Shown: positions 1 through 9,696 of the stretch, one piece after another | How positions within the stretch are numbered: the first letter of the stretch is position 1 | How the letters are laid out: each line of letters opens with the position of its first letter | Source: an uncultured Candidatus Saccharibacteria bacterium | GTDB lineage: Bacteria > Patescibacteriota > Minisyncoccia > Phycocordibacterales > UBA9973 | DNA length: 64,000 nt | NCBI GenBank assembly: GCA_964646765.1 | Contig: CAZYIA010000003.1 | Span: 130,815 to 194,814 of the forward strand | Direction of reading: 5' to 3' | Translations under genes and position numbers: made by a program | The notes under the pieces: model-generated | Told to the model about the DNA's origin: nothing | The model's database searches: none | The model's input: only the letters and a program-made list of their open reading frames with translations

Positions 1-148
1 AAGGCCAAAGAAGGTTCTTAGGCGCTAGACTCCGGCGGGGAGGCCCGTTATAGCTAAATGAAGCGGCCCGAAAGGGAAGTAAGGTGGTACCGCGGGGAAG
101 CCCGTCCTTATGCAGTAAGTTATTATTGCCTAAGGACGGGTTTTATTT
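1..148 (+). promoter_or_regulatory. T-box riboswitch leader (3' part) with intrinsic terminator upstream of ileS
   Basis: T-box sequence AAGGTGGTACCGCG at 81-94, CCCGTTA (F-box-like) at 44-50, terminator stem CCCGTCCTTA (101-110)/TAAGGACGGG (131-140) followed by TTTTATTT, directly before an aaRS gene. Stem I/specifier not identified, probably upstream of the window. Confidence 0.85.
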
Positions 149-3100
149 ATGGAAGAACAAAAAAACGAAAAATCAAAAGTAGCAGAGCGCGAGGAAAAAA
201 TCCTCGAATTTTGGCGTGAAAATAAAACGTTTGAAAAGGCGCTCGAAAAAGAATCACCACGTGGAAACTACGTGTTTTATGATGGGCCACCATTTGCTAC
301 TGGTACACCACACTATGGTCATATTCTTGCTTCAGCAATTAAAGATGCTATTCCTCGCTATCAAACGATGCGTGGTTTTCGAGTGCCACGTCGATGGGGT
401 TGGGACTGTCATGGTTTGCCAATTGAAAATATTGTTGAAAAGGATTTAGGTATTTCCGGCAAAAAAGAAATCGAAGCTCTCGGCGTAGAAAAATTTAATG
501 AGTATGCTCGTAGCAAGGTGCTTACCTATGTAGGGGAATGGAAAAAAACTGTCGAACGTATGGCTCGATGGGTTGATTTTGATGGTTCATACAAAACAAT
601 GGACAATACGTTCATTGAGAGTGTTTGGTGGGCACTTGGTGAACTCAATCGCCGCAAGCTCGTGTACGAAGGTGTTCGCGTTTTACCATATTGTCCGCGC
701 TGCGAAACACCGATCGCAAACTCAGAAATTGCGATGGATAACAGCTACAAAGACATCACTGATATTTCAGTGTATGTAAAACTCCCACTGGCCAGCGAGG
801 AAAAAACTTCTCTTATTGCTTGGACAACAACACCGTGGACGCTTCCTGGGAATACTGCAGCGGCAGTTAATCCTGAGCTTACGTACATTAAAGTAGAGCA
901 CGGAGAAGGTGAACGCGAGTTTGCAATTCTTGCGAAAGATCGATTCCCCGCAGTAAAAGACAAATTTAAAAATCCGGAAATTATTGCTGAGTTTCCAGGT
1001 ACTAATCTCATTGGTAAGCGCTATACTCCACCGTTTCCATATTTTACGAATGCCAACATCCCAAATATAGAAAATGGCTGGCGAGTATATGGGGCTTCGT
1101 ATGTAACCACAGATGCCGGTACCGGCATTGTGCACTTGGCCCCCGCCTATGGTGAGGAAGATATGGATCTTGCTCTTATACACCACATTCCTTTTGTGCG
1201 TCATGTTGGCCACGATGGCAAATTTACTTCCGAAGTTACTGATTTTGTTGGAAAGTCTGCGAAGCCAAAAGGGGAAGAGAAAGACGGTCATCAGGTTTCC
1301 GATATTGAGGTTATTAAGTATTTAGCCCCACGTGGGACATTGTTTGCCAAAGAAAAAATAGTTCACTCCTATCCTCATTGTTTCCGTTGTGAAACCCCAC
1401 TATATTACTTTGCTATCCCAGCATGGTTTATTCGAGTGTCTGAAATTAAGGAAACACTTCTTGCGAAAAACGAGGAAATGAATTGGGTGCCCGACCACTT
1501 AAAACACGGACGTTTTGCCAAAAGCATGGAAGGCGCACCAGATTGGAATATTTCTCGAAACCGTTACTGGGCAAGCCCGCTACCAATTTGGAAATCAAAA
1601 GAGGGGAAGACTATTTTCGTTAGTTCCTTAGATGAACTTAAGGGTCAAGCAAAGAAATCTGGAAATACTTACTTCACGGTCCGTCATGGTCAAGCGGCAA
1701 ATAATACCGCAGAATTTTTTACTAAAGAGAATTTTCTCAAAGCCCAGTTGACGGAAGAAGGAAAGAAACAGGTTCGAGAAAGTGCCAAAAAGTTCACTAC
1801 CAAAGTTGACTACGTTTTTTGTTCGCCATTTGAACGTACTCGCGAAACGGCAAAAATTTTCTGTGAAGAATTACAGATCAAAGAAGATCAGATCATCTAC
1901 GATGATCGTTTGAAGGAGTGGGATATTCCTTCCGAATACGAAGGCAAACCTATGCCGGAATTCAAGCAGTACTTTGACGTAAATTACGCATACTCAACCA
2001 AGCGAGCATTTCAAGATGGAGAAAATTTTGCTGATATGGTAAAGCGAGTCGGTGAATTTCTCTACGAAATTGACCAAAAGTATACCGGTAAAAACATTCT
2101 TATTGTGGCACATGCTGGTTCGTGTCGTGCATTCTCATTTGTGGCAGAAGGGAAGCGATTCTCAGACCTTGAAAAAAGCGGCCCGTTATATTTGCCTAAA
2201 AATGCAGAAGTGCAGTCACATGCGTTCGTGCCGTTACCACATAATGCAAACTATGAACTTGATTTTCATCGCCCGTATATTGATACCGTCACGCTTGTTG
2301 ATGAGGATGGAACCGAGTACACCCGAATTCCGGAAGTAATTGACTGCTGGTTTGAATCTGGTTCAATGCCATTTGCCCAAGACCATTTTCCATTTGAACG
2401 ACCAAATTGGAAAAATGAAAATTTTCCCGCTGGATTCGTAGCTGAATACATTGCTCAAACACGTACATGGTTCTACTACACTCACTTACTTTCAACCGTG
2501 CTTTTTGATCATGCACCTTTTCACAATGTGGTAACTACAGGTACGGTACTTGCTGAAGACGGTCAGAAAATGTCCAAGTCAAAAAAGAACTTTCCTGATC
2601 CATGGCTTATCTTCAATAAATATGGCGTAGACGCGCTGCGTATCTATCTTTTAGGGAATCCGATTATGCGCGGGGAAGATCTCAATTTTTCTGAACGCGA
2701 AGTGGCTGATATTTATCGCAAAGTTATTATGCGCTTTGATAACGTCCGCGAATTCTATGAACTCTATCGTGATCGTGAACTTGAAAAAAAGCTCGGTGAA
2801 GATGAACCAGAAAGTAAGAATGTGTTGGACGCTTGGATTCTCGCACGTCTCCGTCAAGTTGTTTCAGAAGTTACTGAAGGGATGGAAAAATATGAACTCG
2901 ACGAAGCTCTTCGGCCGCTTGCTCCATTTGTAGATGATCTTTCGACTTGGTACTTGCGCCGTTCGCGCGACCGTATAAAGGATGGTGAAGAAGCAGCAAA
3001 GAAAACTCTCTACTTTGTGCTTACAACATTTGCGAAACTTCTTGCCCCGTTCGCTCCGTTTGCCGCTGAAGAAACCTTCCGAGCGCTTCGTACTGAAACA

Positions 3101-3655
3101 GACCCTGAAAGTGTGCATCTCTCAAATTGGCCAGAAGTTGCTACCCCAGATGCCCTTCTTCAAAGTCACGTTCTTAGAGATCACATGGCCGAGGTTCGAG
3201 AACTTGTGACGCTTGGTCTTGAGGCTCGCCAAAAAGCCAATATTAAAGTTCGCCAACCGCTTCGAGAACTTCGAGTGAAAAATCATGAACTTACCGGAGA
3301 ATATGCTGAACTGGTTACCGACGAGCTTAATATCAAAGCAGTAGTTCACGATAAAACTCTTACTGAAGAGGTTTGGCTCGACACATTGGTGACACCAGAA
3401 CTTAAAGAAGAGGGAACACTTCGAGAATTTATTCGCGCAGTACAAGATGCTCGTAAAAGTGCAGGACTTCATCCTAATGATCGTATTACTCTCGTGCTTG
3501 GGGTAACTGATTCAAGCAAAGGCTTTGTTGTAAAATACGAAGAAGCAATTGTGCAGGAAGTTGGTGCGGTTACAATCTCGTATAAAGAAGTCTCTGGCGA
3601 ACCTGTTACTATCGAAACACTCACATTTACGATTGAAGTTCAAAAGGTAAGTTAA
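149..3655 (+). CDS. ileS: Isoleucine--tRNA ligase (IleRS type 2) with inserted histidine-phosphatase domain
   Basis: DGPPFATGTPHYGH, GWDCHGLP, WTTTPWT, WNISRNRYW and KMSKS motifs; ~190-aa insert with RHG motif. Confidence 0.96.
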   Translation: MEEQKNEKSKVAEREEKILEFWRENKTFEKALEKESPRGNYVFYDGPPFATGTPHYGHILASAIKDAIPRYQTMRGFRVPRRWGWDCHGLPIENIVEKDLGISGKKEIEALGVEKFNEYARSKVLTYVGEWKKTVERMARWVDFDGSYKTMDNTFIESVWWALGELNRRKLVYEGVRVLPYCPRCETPIANSEIAMDNSYKDITDISVYVKLPLASEEKTSLIAWTTTPWTLPGNTAAAVNPELTYIKVEHGEGEREFAILAKDRFPAVKDKFKNPEIIAEFPGTNLIGKRYTPPFPYFTNANIPNIENGWRVYGASYVTTDAGTGIVHLAPAYGEEDMDLALIHHIPFVRHVGHDGKFTSEVTDFVGKSAKPKGEEKDGHQVSDIEVIKYLAPRGTLFAKEKIVHSYPHCFRCETPLYYFAIPAWFIRVSEIKETLLAKNEEMNWVPDHLKHGRFAKSMEGAPDWNISRNRYWASPLPIWKSKEGKTIFVSSLDELKGQAKKSGNTYFTVRHGQAANNTAEFFTKENFLKAQLTEEGKKQVRESAKKFTTKVDYVFCSPFERTRETAKIFCEELQIKEDQIIYDDRLKEWDIPSEYEGKPMPEFKQYFDVNYAYSTKRAFQDGENFADMVKRVGEFLYEIDQKYTGKNILIVAHAGSCRAFSFVAEGKRFSDLEKSGPLYLPKNAEVQSHAFVPLPHNANYELDFHRPYIDTVTLVDEDGTEYTRIPEVIDCWFESGSMPFAQDHFPFERPNWKNENFPAGFVAEYIAQTRTWFYYTHLLSTVLFDHAPFHNVVTTGTVLAEDGQKMSKSKKNFPDPWLIFNKYGVDALRIYLLGNPIMRGEDLNFSEREVADIYRKVIMRFDNVREFYELYRDRELEKKLGEDEPESKNVLDAWILARLRQVVSEVTEGMEKYELDEALRPLAPFVDDLSTWYLRRSRDRIKDGEEAAKKTLYFVLTTFAKLLAPFAPFAAEETFRALRTETDPESVHLSNWPEVATPDALLQSHVLRDHMAEVRELVTLGLEARQKANIKVRQPLRELRVKNHELTGEYAELVTDELNIKAVVHDKTLTEEVWLDTLVTPELKEEGTLREFIRAVQDARKSAGLHPNDRITLVLGVTDSSKGFVVKYEEAIVQEVGAVTISYKEVSGEPVTIETLTFTIEVQKVS

Positions 3656-3658
3656 GAT

Positions 3659-4570
3659 ATGACACATTGGGTTTTTATTGCACTCGTTCCTCCTATTATT
3701 TGGGCGGCAATCAATCATGGTGATAAGTATGCAGTTGATCGCTTCATGGTTGGGAGAAATCCTGGTGCGCTCATTATTACTACTGGCGCGTCGGGACTGG
3801 TGATGCTTCTAGTCCTTTCGCTTTTTGTCCAAGGAAGTGAAGCAACAGCATTCCAAGCAGGGATTATGATCCTCGCGGGCTTTTTACTCGCACTTTCGTA
3901 TGTGCCATACATGTATGCTCTCGCAAAGGATGAAGCTTCGAATGTTGCGCCACTTTTTCAGCTTATTACACCGCTTGTCTTTGTTTTAGCCTTCTTTGTA
4001 TTAGGAGAGACGCTTTCAGTTCTTCAAGTTTTTTCCGGCCTACTTATTATCCTGGGAGCACTTATTCTTTCAACACGAATTGAAGCTCTTACGTTTAAAC
4101 TACGAACATTCCTTCTGATGAGTCTCACGGCGCTTATGATTGCGGCGAATGTGGTTATTTTTAAATCAACAGCGATCAACAGCATCTTTTGGGATGCCGT
4201 ACGGTACGATCTTGTAGGGGTAGCTCTCGCAGGCCTCGCACTCTTTCTCTGCGTGCCGGTGTACCGTCGCGACCTTTTTAGTGCCATTCGCGAACATGGA
4301 GCACAAGTTATTACAGTAAATGCTGTTATTGAAGTAAGTAATGTTCTCGCTCGTATCGTAAATGGTTATGTGACCCTTTTTGTGCCAGCAACCTTAGTGC
4401 AATTTGTGAATGGTTTCCAGCCAGTGTTTATCGTGCTTTTTGGTATGGTGCTTACCCGCTGGTTCCCATCATGGGGGAGTGAAGCTCTTGATCGAAAATC
4501 ACTCTTGCGTAAGGGTTTGGCAGTATGTGTAATGGTTCTTGGTCTTATTCTTCTTTCGATCTATAACTAA
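3659..4570 (+). CDS. EamA/DMT family membrane transporter
   Basis: About 10 hydrophobic helices in two repeats, with 'LGETLS' and 'EASNVAP' DMT-like motifs. Confidence 0.8.
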   Translation: MTHWVFIALVPPIIWAAINHGDKYAVDRFMVGRNPGALIITTGASGLVMLLVLSLFVQGSEATAFQAGIMILAGFLLALSYVPYMYALAKDEASNVAPLFQLITPLVFVLAFFVLGETLSVLQVFSGLLIILGALILSTRIEALTFKLRTFLLMSLTALMIAANVVIFKSTAINSIFWDAVRYDLVGVALAGLALFLCVPVYRRDLFSAIREHGAQVITVNAVIEVSNVLARIVNGYVTLFVPATLVQFVNGFQPVFIVLFGMVLTRWFPSWGSEALDRKSLLRKGLAVCVMVLGLILLSIYN

Positions 4571-4573
4571 TCT

Positions 4574-5143
4574 ATGCGAGAAATTGAAGTAAAAGCTAGG
4601 GTGCCGGATCGAGAAAAACTTCTCGCTGCCTTTGCTGGTAAAGGGATCGAACTTTCCTCATCTCAAAAAGAAGTTGATACGCTGTTTTCTGTTACACCGG
4701 ATTTTTATGAAGAGTATGGAAAAGGAATACCACCAGCTGTTGGCCTTACTCGTGTGCGAGAAAAATCAAACGGTGAGGTAACGGTGACATATAAAAAAAG
4801 AGGCGGGGGAGTACATCTCGACAAAGTTGAATATGAAGTCGTCGTTTCTGACGCAACGACGGCAAAGCAACTCTTCGAAGCTATTGGCCTTATCCCAATT
4901 CTAACTATGGACAAAACCCGACAGAAGGCCCATCTTGGAGAGTACGAGGTCTGCTTAGATGAGGTTGCTGGACTTGGAACTTTTATTGAAATTGAAAAGT
5001 TATTACCTGAAGAAGACAAAACTTCAGGAGAAGAAATACAAAAAGAGCTTTGGGGTACGTTACTCTCTTTAGGTATTTCACGTGATGATGAAGTACATGT
5101 TGGTTACGATATTTTAAAATATGAGGCTGACCTCAAAAAGTAG
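4574..5143 (+). CDS. CYTH domain protein (class IV adenylate cyclase / triphosphate tunnel metalloenzyme)
   Basis: N-terminal EIEVK (ExExK), RVR, TYK, LDEVAGLGTFIEIE motifs. Confidence 0.85.
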   Translation: MREIEVKARVPDREKLLAAFAGKGIELSSSQKEVDTLFSVTPDFYEEYGKGIPPAVGLTRVREKSNGEVTVTYKKRGGGVHLDKVEYEVVVSDATTAKQLFEAIGLIPILTMDKTRQKAHLGEYEVCLDEVAGLGTFIEIEKLLPEEDKTSGEEIQKELWGTLLSLGISRDDEVHVGYDILKYEADLKK

Positions 5144-5144
5144 T

Positions 5145-5717
5145 ATGAAAAAAGTTTTCCTTATTCATGGATTTGAAGGACTACCCAATGGAGGGTGGCG
5201 GCCTTGGTTATTAGGAGAGCTTGCTCGAGAAAAAAAAATCTATGGTTGCGCGCTTCCTATGCCGACGCCATACGAACCCAAGGTTTCAGAATGGGTAGCT
5301 GAAATTAATCGTGTCTCATTCCCAAAGGAAGATTCAGTTGTTCTTGTTGGTCATAGTCTCGGGGCAACAGCCGTTTTACGTTACCTTGAAACACTACCCC
5401 CTCAAATTTCTATCGCGGGAGCAGTACTTGTTTCTGGTCCATTAGAAAATCTCCCCGGTGTTGAGAATAGTAAAAACATGCAAAGTTTTTTTGAACAGCC
5501 GTTTGAGTTTGAAAAAATTAAAGCATCATGTAAGAAATTTGCTGTTATCCATGGTGCCAACGACAACGTCGTGCCATTTTCTCATGCAGAGAAACTCGCT
5601 AAGCACTTAAACTGCGAGCTCATTTCGATACCGGAGGGTTTCCATCTTTCAGGAGGAGCTGGTTGGTATAAATTACCAGAAGCGTTCACTGAGATTCTAA
5701 AAATACTTGGTGAGTGA
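5145..5717 (+). CDS. RBBP9/YdeN-family alpha/beta hydrolase
   Basis: IHG..G, W.PWL, GHSLG nucleophile elbow, HGANDNVVP, C-terminal His; ATG at 5145 just after upstream stop. Confidence 0.85.
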   Translation: MKKVFLIHGFEGLPNGGWRPWLLGELAREKKIYGCALPMPTPYEPKVSEWVAEINRVSFPKEDSVVLVGHSLGATAVLRYLETLPPQISIAGAVLVSGPLENLPGVENSKNMQSFFEQPFEFEKIKASCKKFAVIHGANDNVVPFSHAEKLAKHLNCELISIPEGFHLSGGAGWYKLPEAFTEILKILGE

Positions 5718-6301
5718 GTATGCATCCCATTTATCATACCAATGCATTTATTGTAGGTTCGCAACCAAAAGGCGAGGCGAATAGATCGTATCTTTTGTTA
5801 ACCAGTGACATGGGAGTATTTTCTGCCGTTTCTCAAGGAGTGCGGCTCGAGAAATCAAAGTTGCGCTACTCACTCCAAGATTTTTCATATGCTCGTATCG
5901 ATTTAGTGCGTGGTAAAGATGTGTGGCGAATAACATCGGCTACGCCGATCGAAACATTTGCTCGAGTTTATCAAAGTGAGCGAGGTATGCGATTTCTCAA
6001 GAATCTTGAAAAGCTCATGCGACGTCTTGTTCGTGGAGAGGTGGCTCATCCAACAATTCTTTCAGACGTGCTCGATGTTCTTCGTTTTTTTAATAAACAA
6101 GAGAGTCAAATTATCCATGCTCCAGTAGAATTAACCCTGTTTCTCCGTATTTTGTATACCCTTGGGTACGTTTCCCCAACGAAGGTGTTTGAAGAGTACC
6201 TCGGAGCTCCATTTCAGCCAGAAAGGATACAAGAAGCAACGTTTCCTAAAAAAGAGGTTATTGAAATTATCCGACTGGCGCTTGCGGAAAGCCAATTGTA
6301 A
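5714..6301 (+). CDS. recO: DNA repair protein RecO (short form)
   Basis: N-terminal OB-fold pattern GEANR..LLT..G...A..QGVR..KSKLR..LQ.F; start may be ATG 5720. Confidence 0.75.
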   Translation: MSMHPIYHTNAFIVGSQPKGEANRSYLLLTSDMGVFSAVSQGVRLEKSKLRYSLQDFSYARIDLVRGKDVWRITSATPIETFARVYQSERGMRFLKNLEKLMRRLVRGEVAHPTILSDVLDVLRFFNKQESQIIHAPVELTLFLRILYTLGYVSPTKVFEEYLGAPFQPERIQEATFPKKEVIEIIRLALAESQL

Positions 6302-6373
6302 GCGCATTAAGCTCTAAGCGTCATAGAAAGGGCTGACGAGTCGAATCTCGCTTGCTATACTTGCCTATATCAT

Positions 6374-8323
6374 ATGATTTCAAATGAGAATGAAAAGCCG
6401 CATGGTTTAGAGGATGTAACAAAAAAACTCTATAGCCGAGATGAGAAAGTTTTACCCGCACGGCGAGTGGGTATTTTACATAGTTTTAAAAAAGCTGTAG
6501 CTACTACCTGGAATTCTGAAAAGAAAGAGCAAGTTAAAGAAACTATTGCTACGCTCTCTGATCATGCCACCCATACCCCCTTCTTTAAGAAATTTTTTGT
6601 TGCCTCGAGTATTTTCTTTTTGGTCGCTTTGGCAATCGGAGGCTACCTCTTTTTCTTTGGCGGCGGGTCAGTTTCTTCAGAGAATGTAGGAATTAATATT
6701 TTAGGAAATGCTTTTACCTCTGGTGGTGAAAATCTTCCTCTGACGCTTGAAATTAGTAATAAAAACGCTATCCCACTCGAGCTTACTGATCTTATTATTG
6801 AGTACCCTAAAAGTGGGACAAGTCTTACCGATAACCCATCAGATATTGCTCGCGAACGTCAGTCAATTGGTACTGTTGAGGCTGGAAAAATTATCGAGCA
6901 TAAGGTAGATCTAACACTGTACGGAAAAGAGGGAAGCGTTAAACAAATTAAATTTACTCTTGAATTTCATGTGCCAGGATCAAACGCGGTATTTCAACGC
7001 GAAAAATTATTTGCGGTAAATATTAGTTCAGCGCCAATTAGTCTTACGGTGACCGCGCCAAACTCAACTACGGCTGAACAGGATTACACTGCAACTGTTA
7101 CCGTGGCAGCAAACACAACACGCTCTATTCCAAATATGCTTGTGCGCGTTGATTATCCAACTGGGTTTAAATTCCAGAGTGCAACGCCGCAGCCGACCTA
7201 TCTTTCAAACGTATGGAATATTGGCACGGTAGAACCTGGTAAACCAATTGATATTCAAATCAAAGGCACGCTTTCTGGAGAAGATGGTGAAGAGCGTTCG
7301 TTTAGAGTATATACCGGTGAAGCTAACCCGTCAGACAAAAATGAAATTGGTGTAGTGTATCAATCAACTCTCCACACTGTTGATCTAGTTCGTCCGTTTA
7401 TTGAAGCAACACTTGTGGTTAATGGCCAACGTGGTCCTGAAGTTACTATCAGTCCTCGCTCAACTATTACTGTTGAAATTCCATGGGCAAACAATCTGCC
7501 ATCATCGGTACTTGATGCTGAAATCAAAGCGACTATTTCTGGTAACCTCATTGATCGTACAACGGTCCAGCCTCGTGGAGGTTTCTTTAACTCGTCAGAA
7601 AATAGCATTATCTGGAATCGGGACACAGACGAAACGTTTGGTACGCTCGAACCAGGCGAGCATGGCAGCGTAGGCTTTACGTTCTCTACGTATAGTCTCT
7701 ACCACGACAATCAACTAGCTACGAATCCTACAGTTTCGGTTGATGTTTCAATTTCTGGTAAACAACCACAAGAAGGTAATTTCCTCCAGGCGGTGAATAG
7801 TTTTGCAAAAACAACAGCCAAGCTCACCACTGATTTTGCTTTCTCTGGTCAAGCGTACTACCACAGCGGACCGTTTGTAAACAGTGGACCACTTCCTCCA
7901 AAAGTTGATCAAAAAACCACATACACTGTTCGTTGGGCGCTTACTAGTTCGGCAAACAGTGTAAAAAATGTTGTGGTTCGAGGGGCACTTCCTCCGTATG
8001 TTCATTTCTTGGGTAATGTTTCGCCAGATGACGAAGATCTTTCACTTGACCCAATTACAGGTGAGGTTGTTTGGAACGCGGGTACAGTAGTTCGTGGTGC
8101 TGGTCTTACTGCTGATAGTGATCCGCGAGCGGTGTACTTCCAAGTTGAACTTACTCCATCTCTTTCGCAAATTGGTGATACTCCAACACTGGTTCTTGAA
8201 TCAAAAGCAACTGGGGTAGATACCTTTACCGGATTCCCACTTACATCAACCTGGCGTGAAATTAACACCCGGGTGTTTAATGATGCTGGATATCAGCAAG
8301 GTACCGACCAGGTAGTGCAATAA
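6374..8323 (+). CDS. Membrane-anchored extracellular beta-rich (Ig-like/DUF11-like) protein
   Basis: One TM helix near aa 75-96 followed by repeated beta-sandwich-like segments (YP.GF.F, WNIG.V.PG). Confidence 0.6.
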   Translation: MISNENEKPHGLEDVTKKLYSRDEKVLPARRVGILHSFKKAVATTWNSEKKEQVKETIATLSDHATHTPFFKKFFVASSIFFLVALAIGGYLFFFGGGSVSSENVGINILGNAFTSGGENLPLTLEISNKNAIPLELTDLIIEYPKSGTSLTDNPSDIARERQSIGTVEAGKIIEHKVDLTLYGKEGSVKQIKFTLEFHVPGSNAVFQREKLFAVNISSAPISLTVTAPNSTTAEQDYTATVTVAANTTRSIPNMLVRVDYPTGFKFQSATPQPTYLSNVWNIGTVEPGKPIDIQIKGTLSGEDGEERSFRVYTGEANPSDKNEIGVVYQSTLHTVDLVRPFIEATLVVNGQRGPEVTISPRSTITVEIPWANNLPSSVLDAEIKATISGNLIDRTTVQPRGGFFNSSENSIIWNRDTDETFGTLEPGEHGSVGFTFSTYSLYHDNQLATNPTVSVDVSISGKQPQEGNFLQAVNSFAKTTAKLTTDFAFSGQAYYHSGPFVNSGPLPPKVDQKTTYTVRWALTSSANSVKNVVVRGALPPYVHFLGNVSPDDEDLSLDPITGEVVWNAGTVVRGAGLTADSDPRAVYFQVELTPSLSQIGDTPTLVLESKATGVDTFTGFPLTSTWREINTRVFNDAGYQQGTDQVVQ

Positions 8324-8359
8324 ATTGCTAATTAAGGAAATTTCGGTAAAGTAGGAGGA

Positions 8360-9691
8360 ATGGAAGCTAAAAACCCCGAACTTATGGAGAAGATTGAATC
8401 GTTGTGCAAACGCCGCGGTTTCATCTTCCAAGGATCAGAACTTTATGGTGGCCTTGCCGGTACTTGGGATTATGGGCCGCTTGGAGTAGCTCTTAAAAAG
8501 AATATTGAACGTCTCTGGTGGAATAAATTTGTTGAAGCTCGAGAGGATGTATATGGATTGGATTCAGCAATTTTAATGAATCCAAAAGTATGGGAAGCTT
8601 CTGGTCATGTGGCAGGATTTTCGGACCCGCTGGTTGAATGTACAAAATGTAAAAAACGATTCCGCGCCGATCAAGTTCCAGAAAAAGGGAAGTGTCCTGA
8701 ATGTGGCGGTGCTCTTGGTGAAGAACGTCAGTTTAATATGATGTTCGCTACCAAAATTGGTGCCGTCGAAGATTCTTCTGCCACTGTGTATCTTCGTCCA
8801 GAAAATGCACAGGGGATGTTTGTGAACTATAAAAATATTATTGATTCGCTTCACCCTAAATTACCGTTCGGTATCGCTCAAATTGGTAAGGCGTTCCGTA
8901 ACGAAATTACTCCACGTGATTTTACGTTCCGTACTCGTGAATTTAACCTCATGGAGTTTGAATACTTCGTAAAACCAATGGAATGGGAAAAGTATTTCGA
9001 ATACTGGCACTACCAGATGCGGTCTTGGATTGAAGAGGTAGGTATTGATGCGACGATGGTGCACGAAATTGAAGTAGCTAAAGAAGATCGTGCTCACTAC
9101 TCTTCACGCACGGTTGATTTCCATTTTGATTTTCCATTTGGAAATAGCGAGCTCTACGGTTTAGCCTATCGTGGTAATTTTGATCTTACCCAGCATCAGA
9201 CGCATTCAAAAGTAAATCTTGAATATCTTGATGAGGAAGCAAAAGAAGGCGACGAGAGAAAATACCTCCCTCATGTTATTGAGCCGACTTTTGGTCTTGA
9301 TCGCACTATTCTTGCAGTACTGACTTCGGCATATCGCGAGGTGCCAGCTGGCGTTGGAGAGACACGAGTGTTCCTTGAATTAAAGCCCGCAATCGCTCCA
9401 GTTATCTGCGCAGTATCTCCGCTTCTCAAAAACAAACCAGAACTCGTCAAAATGGCACGCGATGTGTACGAAATTTTGAAACTCGAATTTGGTCGCGTGA
9501 TGTTTGATGATAATGGCAACATTGGTAAACGCTATCGTCGCCAAGATGAAATTGGTACGCCATGGTGTATTGTGGTTGATTTCGACTCGCTCGAAAAAGA
9601 TGATGTCACTATCCGTGATCGTGATACCGGAGAACAAGAACGAGTAGCTGTAAGTGAGCTAGTAAACTATCTGAAAAATAATCTAAAATAG
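8360..9691 (+). CDS. glyQS: Glycine--tRNA ligase (alpha2 type)
   Basis: LCKRRGF, WEASGH, YLRPE.AQG, FRNEITPR, IGKRYRRQDEIGTP motifs. Confidence 0.95.
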   Translation: MEAKNPELMEKIESLCKRRGFIFQGSELYGGLAGTWDYGPLGVALKKNIERLWWNKFVEAREDVYGLDSAILMNPKVWEASGHVAGFSDPLVECTKCKKRFRADQVPEKGKCPECGGALGEERQFNMMFATKIGAVEDSSATVYLRPENAQGMFVNYKNIIDSLHPKLPFGIAQIGKAFRNEITPRDFTFRTREFNLMEFEYFVKPMEWEKYFEYWHYQMRSWIEEVGIDATMVHEIEVAKEDRAHYSSRTVDFHFDFPFGNSELYGLAYRGNFDLTQHQTHSKVNLEYLDEEAKEGDERKYLPHVIEPTFGLDRTILAVLTSAYREVPAGVGETRVFLELKPAIAPVICAVSPLLKNKPELVKMARDVYEILKLEFGRVMFDDNGNIGKRYRRQDEIGTPWCIVVDFDSLEKDDVTIRDRDTGEQERVAVSELVNYLKNNLK

Positions 9692-9696
9692 TTTGT

